IMG/VR virus record: IMGVR_UViG_3300021127_000003
Direction: 5' to 3' (one strand)
Length of the DNA stretch: 55,290 bases
Source: an uncultured virus (IMG/VR IMGVR_UViG_3300021127_000003)
Lineage: Duplodnaviria > Heunggongvirae > Uroviricota > Caudoviricetes
This document shows positions 39,151-49,016 of the stretch, in pieces (position 1 is the first letter of the stretch; every line of letters starts with the position of its first letter). Below the pieces are notes generated by a model. That model made no database searches. It was not told the origin of the DNA and saw only the letters and a list, made by a program, of their open reading frames with translations. The position numbers were made by a program, and so were the translations under genes.

Positions 39151-39935
39151 TGGAAAATAAGTTAACAAGAAATTTTATTATATGGGTATTTGTTACATTG
39201 TACGCTTTAGTAAGTACAATATCCACTATCCATGTGGTTGAATTTTTTAAACTATCAAATCCAGATTGGTTAGCTATAACATTGGCAATAGCCTTTGAAG
39301 TAGGTGCAGCAGCATCATTAGCTTCAATAATAGCGTTAAAAAAGATGAACAAAGGCATAGTATGGTCTTTGTTCATTTTGTTAACATTAATGCAAGCAAT
39401 GGGTAATACCTATTATGCATACATGCACCTTGCAAATTACCAAGGTTGGATAGAGTTATTCGGTATGGTTGATTACGAAGTTATCGAACAAAAAAGAATA
39501 CTATCTCTTGTTAGCGGTGCAGTATTACCTCTTGTGGCTCTTGGATTCATTAAATCTTTAGTTGATTATTTAAGACCAGAAGAAAACACAATTCAAATTG
39601 AGGTAGATGATGAAAATTATCCTGAACCATCTTCAGAATTAGTTGAGGCAAAAAATGATTATGATGCAATGATAAAAGCTGGCCAAGAGGTGGAATTTGC
39701 AAAAATCATGGAAACTGTTGCTAAAAAAAGAGCTGAAAGGGATGCCGTTGGTGAAACATATGAAGATGAACCAACAGCTTTAGCTAATTCTCAATATGCT
39801 GACCAAACAGAACCAGAAGAAGAAAATGAAGTTACAAATGAGGTTGAGGGACAACCAATCATAGAAATTGAAAATTTATCGCCAGAACAAATAGAAAAAA
39901 ATAAAATATTAGATAGAATCAGAGTTTTTAAATGA
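39150..39935 (+). CDS. Multi-pass membrane protein with acidic tail (holin candidate)
   Basis: Four hydrophobic segments in the first ~140 aa; adjacent to an amidase-like gene. Confidence 0.55.
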   Translation: MENKLTRNFIIWVFVTLYALVSTISTIHVVEFFKLSNPDWLAITLAIAFEVGAAASLASIIALKKMNKGIVWSLFILLTLMQAMGNTYYAYMHLANYQGWIELFGMVDYEVIEQKRILSLVSGAVLPLVALGFIKSLVDYLRPEENTIQIEVDDENYPEPSSELVEAKNDYDAMIKAGQEVEFAKIMETVAKKRAERDAVGETYEDEPTALANSQYADQTEPEEENEVTNEVEGQPIIEIENLSPEQIEKNKILDRIRVFK

Positions 39936-40534
39936 TTAACTTCAATATAGATTATGATTTTTCAAATTTATTTGATACAAAGCATAAGAAGAAACAAATT
40001 ATACTTTGTAACACATCTTCTATATTAGAAAACCATTTTATCAAATTACAGTCAAGATTTAATGGTAAATACGATAGAATACCTCATTATACCATTTCTC
40101 GTAAAGGTGATGTTTATCAACATGTTAACCCAGAATTAGTGACCAATTTTATGTCATTTGAGGATTCTGACAATTATTCGATAATAATATGTCTTGAAAA
40201 TATTGGATGGGTTGAAAAGGATATCAAAAAGAATGTTTTTATTGATTGGAAAGGTGATGTTTATGATGATGAAATAACTGAACGTTCTTGGAAAAATAAA
40301 AAGCACTGGGCGACCTACACAAAGCCACAAATCGAGGTTTTATTGCAATTATTAAACTATTTATGTGATAGATACTCTATTGAAAAACAATTTACTGGGA
40401 ATAACGTCACAATAACAAGACCAAAATCCTTTAAAGGAGTTTTAAATAGAAGTAACTATAATAAAAATTATTATGATCTAAGTCCAGCAATGGATTTTGA
40501 ATATATAACAAATAATTTAATATCTAATGAGTAG
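39932..40534 (+). CDS. N-acetylmuramoyl-L-alanine amidase-like protein (Amidase_2 fold, degenerate Zn ligands)
   Basis: QIILCNT, PHYTISRKGDVYQ, SIIICLENIG, YTKPQIEVLLQLL..L...Y.I, DLSPA. Confidence 0.7.
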   Translation: MINFNIDYDFSNLFDTKHKKKQIILCNTSSILENHFIKLQSRFNGKYDRIPHYTISRKGDVYQHVNPELVTNFMSFEDSDNYSIIICLENIGWVEKDIKKNVFIDWKGDVYDDEITERSWKNKKHWATYTKPQIEVLLQLLNYLCDRYSIEKQFTGNNVTITRPKSFKGVLNRSNYNKNYYDLSPAMDFEYITNNLISNE

Positions 40535-41033
40535 AGAATACGATTCGATGAAACATTTTCTGAATATAACAAGGAAAATGAAAAATGGTTTGAACGAGGG
40601 TATAGAATCTCAAAATCCAATGAGTGGTGATCAGAGTTCTAATAGTGAAAGGGTTGCGTTTAATGATGTAAAAGCCACAGGATTTTTGAAGAATTCCACT
40701 GGTTCCAAAATGTCTGATGAATATAGAAATCAGGTTATTGAAGGTGTTGGTGCTTTTCTTAAGGCATCTGGCCTAATAATGGATGTTGTTAATGTTGAGG
40801 TAATGAATGGTAGAATTATCATAACATCTGCAACTATTAAAAACCCTGGTGTTGATTTCATCAAGGATATTGTTATTGATACAAAGTTAGAAAGTCCTAA
40901 ACTTGAATTAATTCCTGGTAATGTCGAAATTAATCCAGATTATATGACATTAATAGGTACACTAATAAAAACATATAATGATCCGCAAGTTGGTAGAAAC
41001 AACTTGGTACAAATTTCGCAAACAAATATATAA
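40527..41033 (+). CDS. Hypothetical protein (possible internal head protein)
   Basis: 168-aa ORF with an N-terminal ..RKMKNGLNEG motif. Confidence 0.5.
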   Translation: MSREYDSMKHFLNITRKMKNGLNEGIESQNPMSGDQSSNSERVAFNDVKATGFLKNSTGSKMSDEYRNQVIEGVGAFLKASGLIMDVVNVEVMNGRIIITSATIKNPGVDFIKDIVIDTKLESPKLELIPGNVEINPDYMTLIGTLIKTYNDPQVGRNNLVQISQTNI

Positions 41034-41034
41034 T

Positions 41035-41862
41035 ATGGGAATTATTACATTAATCAATCTTTTATTAAAAAATATCAAAGTCATCATGGTGGTTGTCATG
41101 GTGGCTCTTTTTGCTTTATTATTACAACAATGCAATAAAGCAAAACAACTGGAAAATAAGTTTAATGAGGCAACACACATTGCTGATCAAAACTTAGCGG
41201 CTATGAAAGATAGCACAATTCAATTGAAAACGACTAAAGAACAATTGGCAACAGTTGATTCTGAGTTATTTAAAATGGTTGACAAAGTTGATGCATTACA
41301 AGAAGCAAAAACAAAACAAATAACTGTTGTTAAACCACAATATGTTCCTGTTGATATGACGGTTTTAAATAAATTAAAATATGATTCTATCAGTAAGAAA
41401 TATGGTTTGGAATTTCATTCATGGGATAGTGTAAGAACAATCGATGGGGTTTCATTTTTCAAGATCAATAAAAACAATGATGTTTTGGATATTTCTCCAG
41501 ATACAACCTTGATTAAAAATTTTGGATTCAATTTTACTTTTGTAATTAGTCAATACGAAGATCCTAAAAATAAATTCACCAGAACTAAAATAGTTCCGTT
41601 TTATGTAGATAGTACAGGTAAAGCAACTAACCCTATTTCAGAAAAAATGATGAAATTTAATTTTAGAAACGCTGAAATACTTGATAAACCATGGCAAGAA
41701 AACAAACCTTGTCCTCCGCCAGTTAAAGAAAAATATCATGCTGGATGGGGTCTTTGCATAACACCTTTAGCAGTTGGAGCGGTTCAACAAAATAATGGAA
41801 TAGGTTTTAAGTTCACACCAAGTATAGGTGTAGGATATTTTATCACTTTCGGAAAAAAATAA
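41035..41862 (+). CDS. Membrane-anchored coiled-coil protein with C-terminal amphipathic beta hairpin (spanin candidate)
   Basis: TM VIMVVVMVALFALLLQQC, coiled coil, C-terminal WGLCITP...PSIGVGYFITF; ATG 41035 follows the upstream stop. Confidence 0.5.
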   Translation: MGIITLINLLLKNIKVIMVVVMVALFALLLQQCNKAKQLENKFNEATHIADQNLAAMKDSTIQLKTTKEQLATVDSELFKMVDKVDALQEAKTKQITVVKPQYVPVDMTVLNKLKYDSISKKYGLEFHSWDSVRTIDGVSFFKINKNNDVLDISPDTTLIKNFGFNFTFVISQYEDPKNKFTRTKIVPFYVDSTGKATNPISEKMMKFNFRNAEILDKPWQENKPCPPPVKEKYHAGWGLCITPLAVGAVQQNNGIGFKFTPSIGVGYFITFGKK

Positions 41863-41884
41863 ATATTTATATAAAATAAATGTC

Positions 41885-42211
41885 ATGAAAGTTAAAGTAA
41901 CAGACAAACAACTAACCGAATGGTTTTCAGAGGTTCTCGAAGGTAAAGAAGTTATAAACGAAAGTTCAAATGTTACAAAAGATGATGTAAAGTCTATTGT
42001 AAAGAAGGAAATAAAAGAATTTTTAGGTATGACAAATACCAGCGATATAAACGAAAAAGTTAAAAAAATGGTTAAAGAAGCCATTAAAAATGACAAAGAT
42101 TTGGAAAAACATATGGTTGATATATCAAAAAATGTTCTTATCCAAATGTATAAAAACCTATGGACAAGAAGAAATTTCTGGTCTAATGATTTAAAAAATT
42201 CTTCTAACTAA
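41885..42211 (+). CDS. Hypothetical protein (possible internal head protein)
   Basis: MKVKVTDKQL...VINES, preceded by TATTTAT. Confidence 0.55.
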   Translation: MKVKVTDKQLTEWFSEVLEGKEVINESSNVTKDDVKSIVKKEIKEFLGMTNTSDINEKVKKMVKEAIKNDKDLEKHMVDISKNVLIQMYKNLWTRRNFWSNDLKNSSN

Positions 42212-42708
42212 TGAATAAATTGAATGAAAATACTACTATAAGTTCTGTAGGTGGATCTTTCGAGGTTCCACTTATGGGTGTTAGTAAACGTGCATTCAAT
42301 TCAAGGATTATGTACCCCAAAAGAAAAAATTCTCCTGGCGGTAAAATAGTTACCCCACCACAAGGATATTTGAAAGAAAGTGAGGGTTATAAAAGTCCAG
42401 AATTTCTATATAAGACTGATGGTACAAAAGTTACACAAAAAGATATAAACGAATGGTTCGATGTTGATAAAACTGTTAAACCATCGTGGAACGGAGGTAA
42501 ATTGATACAAATTAAATCAAAATGTCAGTCTTTTCCATATTGTAGCCAAGGTGCAATCGATCATCCTGTTAAATTGATAGGTGAGTCAAAAGAACATATG
42601 TGTGAAAGCTGCTATGAGCAAATTTGTGAAATCGCTAATATTTCTAAAAAGACACCAGAATATATTGCAGAAATTATAAGAAAAGAATATTTATCATACG
42701 AATATTAA
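42211..42708 (+). CDS. Hypothetical protein
   Basis: TAATG-coupled; KLNE and YLKE motifs; IKSKCQSFPYCSQG. Confidence 0.55.
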   Translation: MNKLNENTTISSVGGSFEVPLMGVSKRAFNSRIMYPKRKNSPGGKIVTPPQGYLKESEGYKSPEFLYKTDGTKVTQKDINEWFDVDKTVKPSWNGGKLIQIKSKCQSFPYCSQGAIDHPVKLIGESKEHMCESCYEQICEIANISKKTPEYIAEIIRKEYLSYEY

Positions 42709-42737
42709 AATAAATAAAAATATAAATTATATATAAT

Positions 42738-44435
42738 ATGAATTTAGAAACAATGAGACACTGCATGAGTGAAATGGCTACAAATGAAGCTTTGAACGAA
42801 TGTATGTATGAAGTTATGCAACAAGAGGGGTTTTTACCTGAATCTCTTGAAGAAGGCGATACCTATGAAGGTCATTGCGCAGCTATGCTTGAAGATGATG
42901 ATATCTGTAAAGATATGTACGAATCTATCATGTCGAGCCAAAATGAATGTGGTTCTTACTTAAGAGAATGGATCAATGAAAATTGGAACGAATCTACTGA
43001 AATGGATGAGGACATGGCTGATGAAAATTATAGTCCTTTTCTTGAAGAAGAACCTATGGATGAATTATCACCAGAAGTAAAATATGCTGCTCACAATACC
43101 GCCATGTTAAAGTATCCTGATCAAGAAAAAAATGGCGATGATATGGGCCGTATTAAATCAATGAATCAGGCAGGTACTTTTGCAAAACATGTACAACCTG
43201 AGATCAAACAAATGGTTGATAAAATTGCTGATGCTTTTGGTAATAATACAAAGGGTCATATTGAAAAAAGTGTACAACATGGTGGGGAAAAACCATTTCC
43301 ATATGCTATGTTGAGTTTTCATAATTATGGAAACCATATTAAAATAGCAGTAACCAAGAAAGGTAATAAAATTATGCATGGTAGTATACCTGATAATGTA
43401 AAACCAATGATTGGTCGTTTAATTAAAGATATCCAGACTAAAGAATTACCTGATGAATCAATGGCTATGGCACCTATTAAAGAAGAAGGTACAGATGAAA
43501 GTCATGTACATACAGTAAGCGCACAGCATATGCGTCAATCTGATCCATTTGCTAAGAAGTTTTTAAATAAAGAGGGTTGGGAAGGTTCACCTATGTTAAC
43601 ACAACAAATAGATGAAGAACCAGAAGGTCATATGTCAATAGCAAAATTGCATGAAATTCAAGAATTTGTTGAAAAAATCTTAGATAAAATTCAACCAGAT
43701 GCTGATCTTGAGCCATGGATTCAAGATAAAATAACTATGAGTTATCAAAACCTTGCTGGGGTTGCTTTATATTATGAAGGTGAAGAAATATCTGGCGTTA
43801 ATACACCAGAAACAGCTGAACATGACGTTATGGTAAAACCTGAGTTTTCATTGTTAGGTTTGGCTGAAAATGAACTTCCTAAGTTCACACCTAAAAAAGG
43901 AAAGAATGTTGACGCTGAAAACAAAAAGTCTTCAAAAGAATCTAAAGATGGTATGAAAGCCGCTGAGGATAGTCAAAAGACTGTTCAGCAAAAAGCTGAA
44001 GATAGAGTAAATTATAAATTCAATCCAGACATGGAAAGCGATCACCAAAAAGATATTGACAAACAATATTTGGGTGCTTTTAATAACTTGAATCTTGATT
44101 TCCAAAATGATGTACCAAAATCATATAAAGATAGAGTTGAAATGGAAGTTAAAACTGGCCACTCAAGAAAACGTGACGTATCTAAGGTAGGTGAAGAAGC
44201 TAATGTTGATCACGAAAGCACTAAGAAAACAGGTGAAGCTATAATAAATGCTTCTATTGCTAATCAAGGTCAAAGAGATTCGTTCTTCAAACCAAATCCA
44301 CTTATTGTTACAGATGAGCCTTACGAAGAAACAAGTATTACTGGTAAATCAAAAGGTGGTAAAAAGAAGCCAGGTGGTGGTGATTTGAACGAAAAAATCG
44401 ACAGGCAAATAGAAAGAATGAGAAAACTATTCTAA
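42738..44435 (+). CDS. Acidic low-complexity protein, possible internal head/scaffold protein
   Basis: Glu-rich with many (L/I)xE motifs, LEPWIQDKIT segment and C-terminal DLNEKIDRQIERMRKLF. Confidence 0.55.
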   Translation: MNLETMRHCMSEMATNEALNECMYEVMQQEGFLPESLEEGDTYEGHCAAMLEDDDICKDMYESIMSSQNECGSYLREWINENWNESTEMDEDMADENYSPFLEEEPMDELSPEVKYAAHNTAMLKYPDQEKNGDDMGRIKSMNQAGTFAKHVQPEIKQMVDKIADAFGNNTKGHIEKSVQHGGEKPFPYAMLSFHNYGNHIKIAVTKKGNKIMHGSIPDNVKPMIGRLIKDIQTKELPDESMAMAPIKEEGTDESHVHTVSAQHMRQSDPFAKKFLNKEGWEGSPMLTQQIDEEPEGHMSIAKLHEIQEFVEKILDKIQPDADLEPWIQDKITMSYQNLAGVALYYEGEEISGVNTPETAEHDVMVKPEFSLLGLAENELPKFTPKKGKNVDAENKKSSKESKDGMKAAEDSQKTVQQKAEDRVNYKFNPDMESDHQKDIDKQYLGAFNNLNLDFQNDVPKSYKDRVEMEVKTGHSRKRDVSKVGEEANVDHESTKKTGEAIINASIANQGQRDSFFKPNPLIVTDEPYEETSITGKSKGGKKKPGGGDLNEKIDRQIERMRKLF

Positions 44436-44458
44436 ACCTAAACATGTTTATTTAAATA

Positions 44459-44494
44459 ATGTGGACTTCTTGAAAAAGAAGTCCATATTTATTT
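44459..44494 (+). terminator. Intrinsic terminator overlapping a TATTTAT motif
   Basis: ATGTGGACTTCTT-GAAA-AAGAAGTCCATAT followed by TTATTT. Confidence 0.7.
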
Positions 44495-44496
44495 AT

Positions 44497-44973
44497 ATGG
44501 ACAATCATAAACCAGCAAATAAATTTATTGATTATTTCTCAAGGCCATTGACTTATGATCAATTAAATTATTTGAATAATTTAAACGGTGTAAGCATAGA
44601 AAAGGTTGAGTTATTTAGAGATTTTACTATCTCTTTAGCTAAACTTATCAATGAAACATACCTCGGTGATGATATAATCATAAATGATGAACTTATATCA
44701 ACACATTTCAAATGGTGTTGGGATAAAACAATAAAAGAATTCGAAAAGGAAAAATTAATGTTCAAAGAAAAAGGAGAACATTATTATTATCACCTAAACT
44801 ATTTTGTGGATATATTCTACAATTCTGAAATCAAAGACGCTATCTTACTGGCAAAAATTTGTGATTTCTGGTCTGACATTATATCTATAGACAAAATTAA
44901 AACAAGGTCAGAATACGACATATTTATCGAACTCTACAAGATCCAAAGTAAATATTTTAATATCAAAACTTGA
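44497..44973 (+). CDS. Hypothetical protein
   Basis: ETYLGDD...HFKWCWDKTIKEFEKE; ATG 44497 preferred because track start 44461 lies in the terminator stem. Confidence 0.6.
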   Translation: MDNHKPANKFIDYFSRPLTYDQLNYLNNLNGVSIEKVELFRDFTISLAKLINETYLGDDIIINDELISTHFKWCWDKTIKEFEKEKLMFKEKGEHYYYHLNYFVDIFYNSEIKDAILLAKICDFWSDIISIDKIKTRSEYDIFIELYKIQSKYFNIKT

Positions 44974-45000
44974 CTTACTGGATTTAATTTCTTACTTTTA
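44969..45000 (+). promoter_or_regulatory. Bacteroidota-type promoter variant
   Basis: CTTG-N20-TACTTTTA, 10 nt before ATG 45011. Confidence 0.5.
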
Positions 45001-45010
45001 AAATAAAAAT

Positions 45011-45214
45011 ATGGTACAATTAATATTAAATAAATTACTATATGTAATTTTTTTTCTTTCTTGTTTTGTTATATTTAGGCATGGTTTTATATTCATATCT
45101 AATTTTATAAAACCAGAGCCTGTGAAATTAAAGTATACGTCAAAAGATTTGGTGTATATTGCAATATCATTATCTATTATAATAACATCACTAATAAAAG
45201 GAATTGGAATATGA
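45011..45214 (+). CDS. Small two-TM membrane protein
   Basis: Two hydrophobic segments; ATGA overlap with the next gene. Confidence 0.55.
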   Translation: MVQLILNKLLYVIFFLSCFVIFRHGFIFISNFIKPEPVKLKYTSKDLVYIAISLSIIITSLIKGIGI

Positions 45215-45642
45215 GCATAGATGAATTATTTAAAAAATATCCAGATAATATTTTTGGTTTGAGAATCAACAGCTCAGAATTCAAGGTTATCGACTTTATG
45301 ATTAAAAAGGATTGGGCTATACCTGAGGATAAAGTATCTTCAGAAACTATCCTTAAAAAGCAAAAGGATAATGATGATGGTACAATATATTATATACTTT
45401 ATTCAAATACAACCACATTTGTTGATTTGTTCAATATTGTATCTAATATAATTGAATACAATCTTGAGATTGAGAAGAAACAAGATTTGTTTGCACAAAA
45501 AATGAATGAGTTAAAAAGAATATTTCTGGAAACTGAGTTCAATGATTTGAAAACATTAAAATTTGATTTAACCACTGATAAGTTGATTAGCAAAAAAATT
45601 GATAACGCACCAGTTACGGTTAATAAAGATGATGATAAATAA
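45211..45642 (+). CDS. Hypothetical protein
   Basis: 143-aa ORF with a C-terminal coiled segment (NLEIEKKQDLF...ELKRIF...LKTLKF). Confidence 0.6.
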   Translation: MSIDELFKKYPDNIFGLRINSSEFKVIDFMIKKDWAIPEDKVSSETILKKQKDNDDGTIYYILYSNTTTFVDLFNIVSNIIEYNLEIEKKQDLFAQKMNELKRIFLETEFNDLKTLKFDLTTDKLISKKIDNAPVTVNKDDDK

Positions 45643-45643
45643 A

Positions 45644-45985
45644 ATGGGTTTGATCATATTTTATATCGGTTGTTATGGTTTAACAACATTAATAGTACAA
45701 AGTAAAATTTTTAAGCCATTAAGAGATTATTTTAGTAATGGATTTTTCCATAATTTACTTAACTGCATGATGTGCACAAGTTTTTGGGTTGGTTTATTTA
45801 GTGTTATTTTTCTAAAGTTTTCACCATCATTAACATATATTATTTCAGAACCTAATATAGATGATATTAGTCTATTTCAAATAATATACTCAATATTATT
45901 TGATTCTTTTTCTGTTGTAGGTTTTGTTTGGTTTGTTTATCTAATACAATGTTTAATAGAAGATAATTTAAAAAGAGAATTATGA
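45644..45985 (+). CDS. DUF1360-like membrane protein
   Basis: YGLTTLIV.SKIFKPLR...LLNCMMCTSFWVG and three hydrophobic segments. Confidence 0.6.
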   Translation: MGLIIFYIGCYGLTTLIVQSKIFKPLRDYFSNGFFHNLLNCMMCTSFWVGLFSVIFLKFSPSLTYIISEPNIDDISLFQIIYSILFDSFSVVGFVWFVYLIQCLIEDNLKREL

Positions 45986-46590
45986 GTTCAATTGTAGATT
46001 TTTATAACACATATTTTAACATAGATACAACCACCGATCCAAAGAGTTCTTTAAAAGTTGGATGGACTTCTAAGGAAGAGCAATATACAAGATTTGCTAT
46101 TTTATTAAATGTCGGTGTAAAAGATGGTGATAAAATACTTGATTATGGTTGTGGTTTAGGTCATCTTGTGGATTATTTAGAATCTAAAAATCTAAATGTG
46201 AATTACACAGGTATTGATATAAATCCCAAATATATACAAAAAGCTTGTGAGTTATATAATAACTATTCATTCATAACAAATGAAATTGAAGATGTTGATG
46301 AAGAATATGATTGGGTTATTGCTTCTGGTGTTTTCACTGTTGATTTAGCTGGTGAAGAAATATCAAATAAGATTAGTAAAGCTTATTCTTTATCAAAAAA
46401 AGGTTTTGCGTTTAATCTATTATTATATGATGAAGAATTTGAAAAATATGGATTTAATTCTTTTGACCCATACCAAGTATTAACGGAATTGAAAAAAGTT
46501 TATGATAATGTGTATTTAATCACAGGATATCTGCATGATGATTTCACTATTTATATTACAAAAGAACCTTTGAACTATGACCTCAAATGA
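45982..46590 (+). CDS. Class I SAM-dependent methyltransferase
   Basis: GW.S.EEQ..RF, ILDYGCGLG, YTGIDI, YDWVIASGVF. Confidence 0.85.
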   Translation: MSSIVDFYNTYFNIDTTTDPKSSLKVGWTSKEEQYTRFAILLNVGVKDGDKILDYGCGLGHLVDYLESKNLNVNYTGIDINPKYIQKACELYNNYSFITNEIEDVDEEYDWVIASGVFTVDLAGEEISNKISKAYSLSKKGFAFNLLLYDEEFEKYGFNSFDPYQVLTELKKVYDNVYLITGYLHDDFTIYITKEPLNYDLK

Positions 46591-46774
46591 GTATGAAAAA
46601 CGTGCTTTTGAAAATGAAATTGCAAAAGACAAATACCAAGACGTTATGTTAAGAAAAAAATTAGCATCAGAAATAAACACTAATTATAACTCTGAAATGG
46701 CTAAAGTGTATACACAAATAAAAAAAGATAATAAGATAAAAAGATTCTTCAAAAAATTATTCAGTGTATTATGA
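46577..46774 (+). CDS. Hypothetical protein
   Basis: 65-aa ORF overlapping both neighbours. Confidence 0.5.
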   Translation: MTSNEYEKRAFENEIAKDKYQDVMLRKKLASEINTNYNSEMAKVYTQIKKDNKIKRFFKKLFSVL

Positions 46775-46998
46775 GATTAGATGATTTATATCTTGTTGCT
46801 AAAAATATAAAAAAGGTTAATAATTTTTACAGACCTGGTATTGAAATAACATATTATCTGGAGCCAGTTGAACACGAACAACTACAACAAGAATGTTTTA
46901 AAAAAATAAATAACACATTTGCTTTAGATAAATATACATCAAGAAAATCTTTCGAATTACTTTTGTTGGATATTAAGTTTATCTTTAAAATAAAATAA
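46771..46998 (+). CDS. Hypothetical protein
   Basis: 75-aa ORF with ATGA overlap. Confidence 0.5.
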   Translation: MRLDDLYLVAKNIKKVNNFYRPGIEITYYLEPVEHEQLQQECFKKINNTFALDKYTSRKSFELLLLDIKFIFKIK

Positions 46999-47631
46999 TT
47001 ATCTTGTTGATATCTTTATAAGATAATGTCTGTCCAGACCAAGTTGTTCCTGAATCTTATCATATAATCTGATTTTATTATCTTTACTTGGTTCATTGAA
47101 AAACATAAAATTTCCTAAAGAATTACTTTGAACAAAGTTACTTGTTAAGTCATTTAATCTAATAGAATCTGAATTATTTTTAAGGATAAAAAGATCTACA
47201 TTATCATTCTCATAATATTCTATAACCAATTTATTATTTATTGTTGTAATTACTTTGGTTGTATTATCCTTCAATATAAAATTTTTGATAAAAGACTTAA
47301 AATCATGTTTTGTATCCGAATTCTTATGCGTAATTTCTTCTTCAACAAGATATGGTTGAATTTTTTTTATAACAAAATCACCTTTTGGAACTATGTGTAC
47401 TAAAGCACCAAATTCATTTCTAAAATGTTCAATCTTTTTATTATTGGTATTCGGTGCAGTTAAAACTAATTCATAATCAGTTTTAACACCATTCCACATA
47501 TACTGTTTTGGAAAAAAAACTTGGTTTTGATCCAAAATCTTATTATATTTGTTCAAAGCATCAGTATAGAGTCTAAATGACCCCATACATTTTTTTCGGT
47601 TACCGTTATTATATAAAATTATTTTATACAT
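46999..47631 (-). CDS. Hypothetical protein, inverted relative to its operon
   Basis: 210-aa ORF with phage-like Lys/Asn-rich composition; exactly fills the gap between the upstream stop (46998) and the dnaJ ATG (47632). Confidence 0.75.
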   Translation of the reverse strand: MYKIILYNNGNRKKCMGSFRLYTDALNKYNKILDQNQVFFPKQYMWNGVKTDYELVLTAPNTNNKKIEHFRNEFGALVHIVPKGDFVIKKIQPYLVEEEITHKNSDTKHDFKSFIKNFILKDNTTKVITTINNKLVIEYYENDNVDLFILKNNSDSIRLNDLTSNFVQSNSLGNFMFFNEPSKDNKIRLYDKIQEQLGLDRHYLIKISTR

Positions 47632-48594
47632 ATGAGTCGTAAAGATTATTACAATATACTTGGAGTTGATAAAAAATCAAGTAAAGATGATATTAAAAAA
47701 GCTTATAGAAAGCTTTCTATGCAATATCACCCAGATAGAAATAGTGAACCTGGCGCAGAGGAAAAATTTAAAGCAGTTGCAGAGGCCTATGAGGTATTAT
47801 CAGACGATCAAAAAAGACAAAAATATGATAATCCACAATCACAACAAGGTAATCCATTTATGGGCGGTTTTAGAGGCTCAAACCCATTTTCTGGTGCCAA
47901 TATGGGTGGATTTGATATAAACGATCTTTTCGGTTTTTCTAATAGACAACCAGCACAAAAAATATATTATACGTGTTCTTTAAAAGATCTGTATTTGAAC
48001 AAAACTTCAACATTAAATTATGAGAGATTAATATTAACCAATGGTGGTAGAAAAAAATGTCCGAAATGTAATGGTGTTGGATTTGTAAAAACACACATCA
48101 ATGATGAAGATGGTAATACAGATTATGCTGAAATGTGTGGTTCTTGTTTTGGTAAAGGATATACTGTAGATTATGTCAGTGAAAAGAAAAGCATTGATTT
48201 TAACTTAACCATAGATCAAATATTTTTGAAAGGTAAAGGTAACCAATTAGAAAATGGTAGCTATAACGATTTAATTGTTATATTGAAAGTTACTGACGAT
48301 CCTAATTTTAAAATTGTTGGCCAAGATTTATTATATCAAAAAAAGGTACCACTTGTCAATTTTATAATTGGTAGTGATACAATCATAAATCATTTTGATG
48401 GTGATATTAAAATGAAATATAAATCAAATGGTGAGTTGAAACAAAAATATAGAATTCCAGGAAGAGGTTTGAAATCTATGTCTGGAAAAGGAGATCTATT
48501 TGTTGAAATTATACCAACAATGCCAATAGGTGTAAACGATAAAGAAATTGAATTATTGAATAAATTATCTAAAGAAGATAATTTTAAGAGTTAG
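47632..48594 (+). CDS. dnaJ: DnaJ chaperone with reduced zinc finger
   Basis: DYYNILGV...YHPDRN J-domain, G/F region, two CxxCxGxG repeats ([16 protein letters not shown]) and a C-terminal domain (GRGL...GDLFV). Confidence 0.9.
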   Translation: MSRKDYYNILGVDKKSSKDDIKKAYRKLSMQYHPDRNSEPGAEEKFKAVAEAYEVLSDDQKRQKYDNPQSQQGNPFMGGFRGSNPFSGANMGGFDINDLFGFSNRQPAQKIYYTCSLKDLYLNKTSTLNYERLILTNGGRKKCPKCNGVGFVKTHINDEDGNTDYAEMCGSCFGKGYTVDYVSEKKSIDFNLTIDQIFLKGKGNQLENGSYNDLIVILKVTDDPNFKIVGQDLLYQKKVPLVNFIIGSDTIINHFDGDIKMKYKSNGELKQKYRIPGRGLKSMSGKGDLFVEIIPTMPIGVNDKEIELLNKLSKEDNFKS

Positions 48595-48947
48595 TGTACT
48601 ATATTAAACTCTTTAATCATTTCTAAACACGTATCTTGATTTTTTTTGTAGTGGTGATAAATTCTTTTTTTCACCTCGTCTTCAGCGTGTTTAGCCGCAA
48701 CCTTACTTAAAATACCTCTTGCTTCTTCGAGCTTGCTTAAATACTCAAGTAATTCAGGAATAGGTTCTTTTAACTCGAATTTAGTTTTTTCACCAGACCC
48801 CTCTGGTTTTTGAGAGTAATCTATTACACGATCCTCATCTGCACCGAGTCCACCAGCCATATCTTCTAATTTTGGTCTATAATGGTTTATTTCATTTTCG
48901 ATCAACTTATTTATGTCGCTTTTATTTACTGTCAATTTTTCTTTCAT
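48591..48947 (-). CDS. Hypothetical protein
   Basis: 118-aa ORF convergently overlapping the dnaJ stop by 4 nt, with its own upstream gap and a minus-strand TATTTAT at 48991-48997. Confidence 0.65.
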   Translation of the reverse strand: MKEKLTVNKSDINKLIENEINHYRPKLEDMAGGLGADEDRVIDYSQKPEGSGEKTKFELKEPIPELLEYLSKLEEARGILSKVAAKHAEDEVKKRIYHHYKKNQDTCLEMIKEFNIVH

Positions 48948-49016
48948 AACTCAAGTATTTATATAAAGTCTTTTATTCTTGTGCTTATGAATAAATAGTT
49001 GATAAAACTTAAAAAG

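Noticed and set aside
46990..47627. 11-bp inverted repeat as invertase sites for the flipped gene
   Set aside because: AT-only and plausible by chance; offset from the ORF boundaries so that recombination would delete the start codon; no recombinase nearby.
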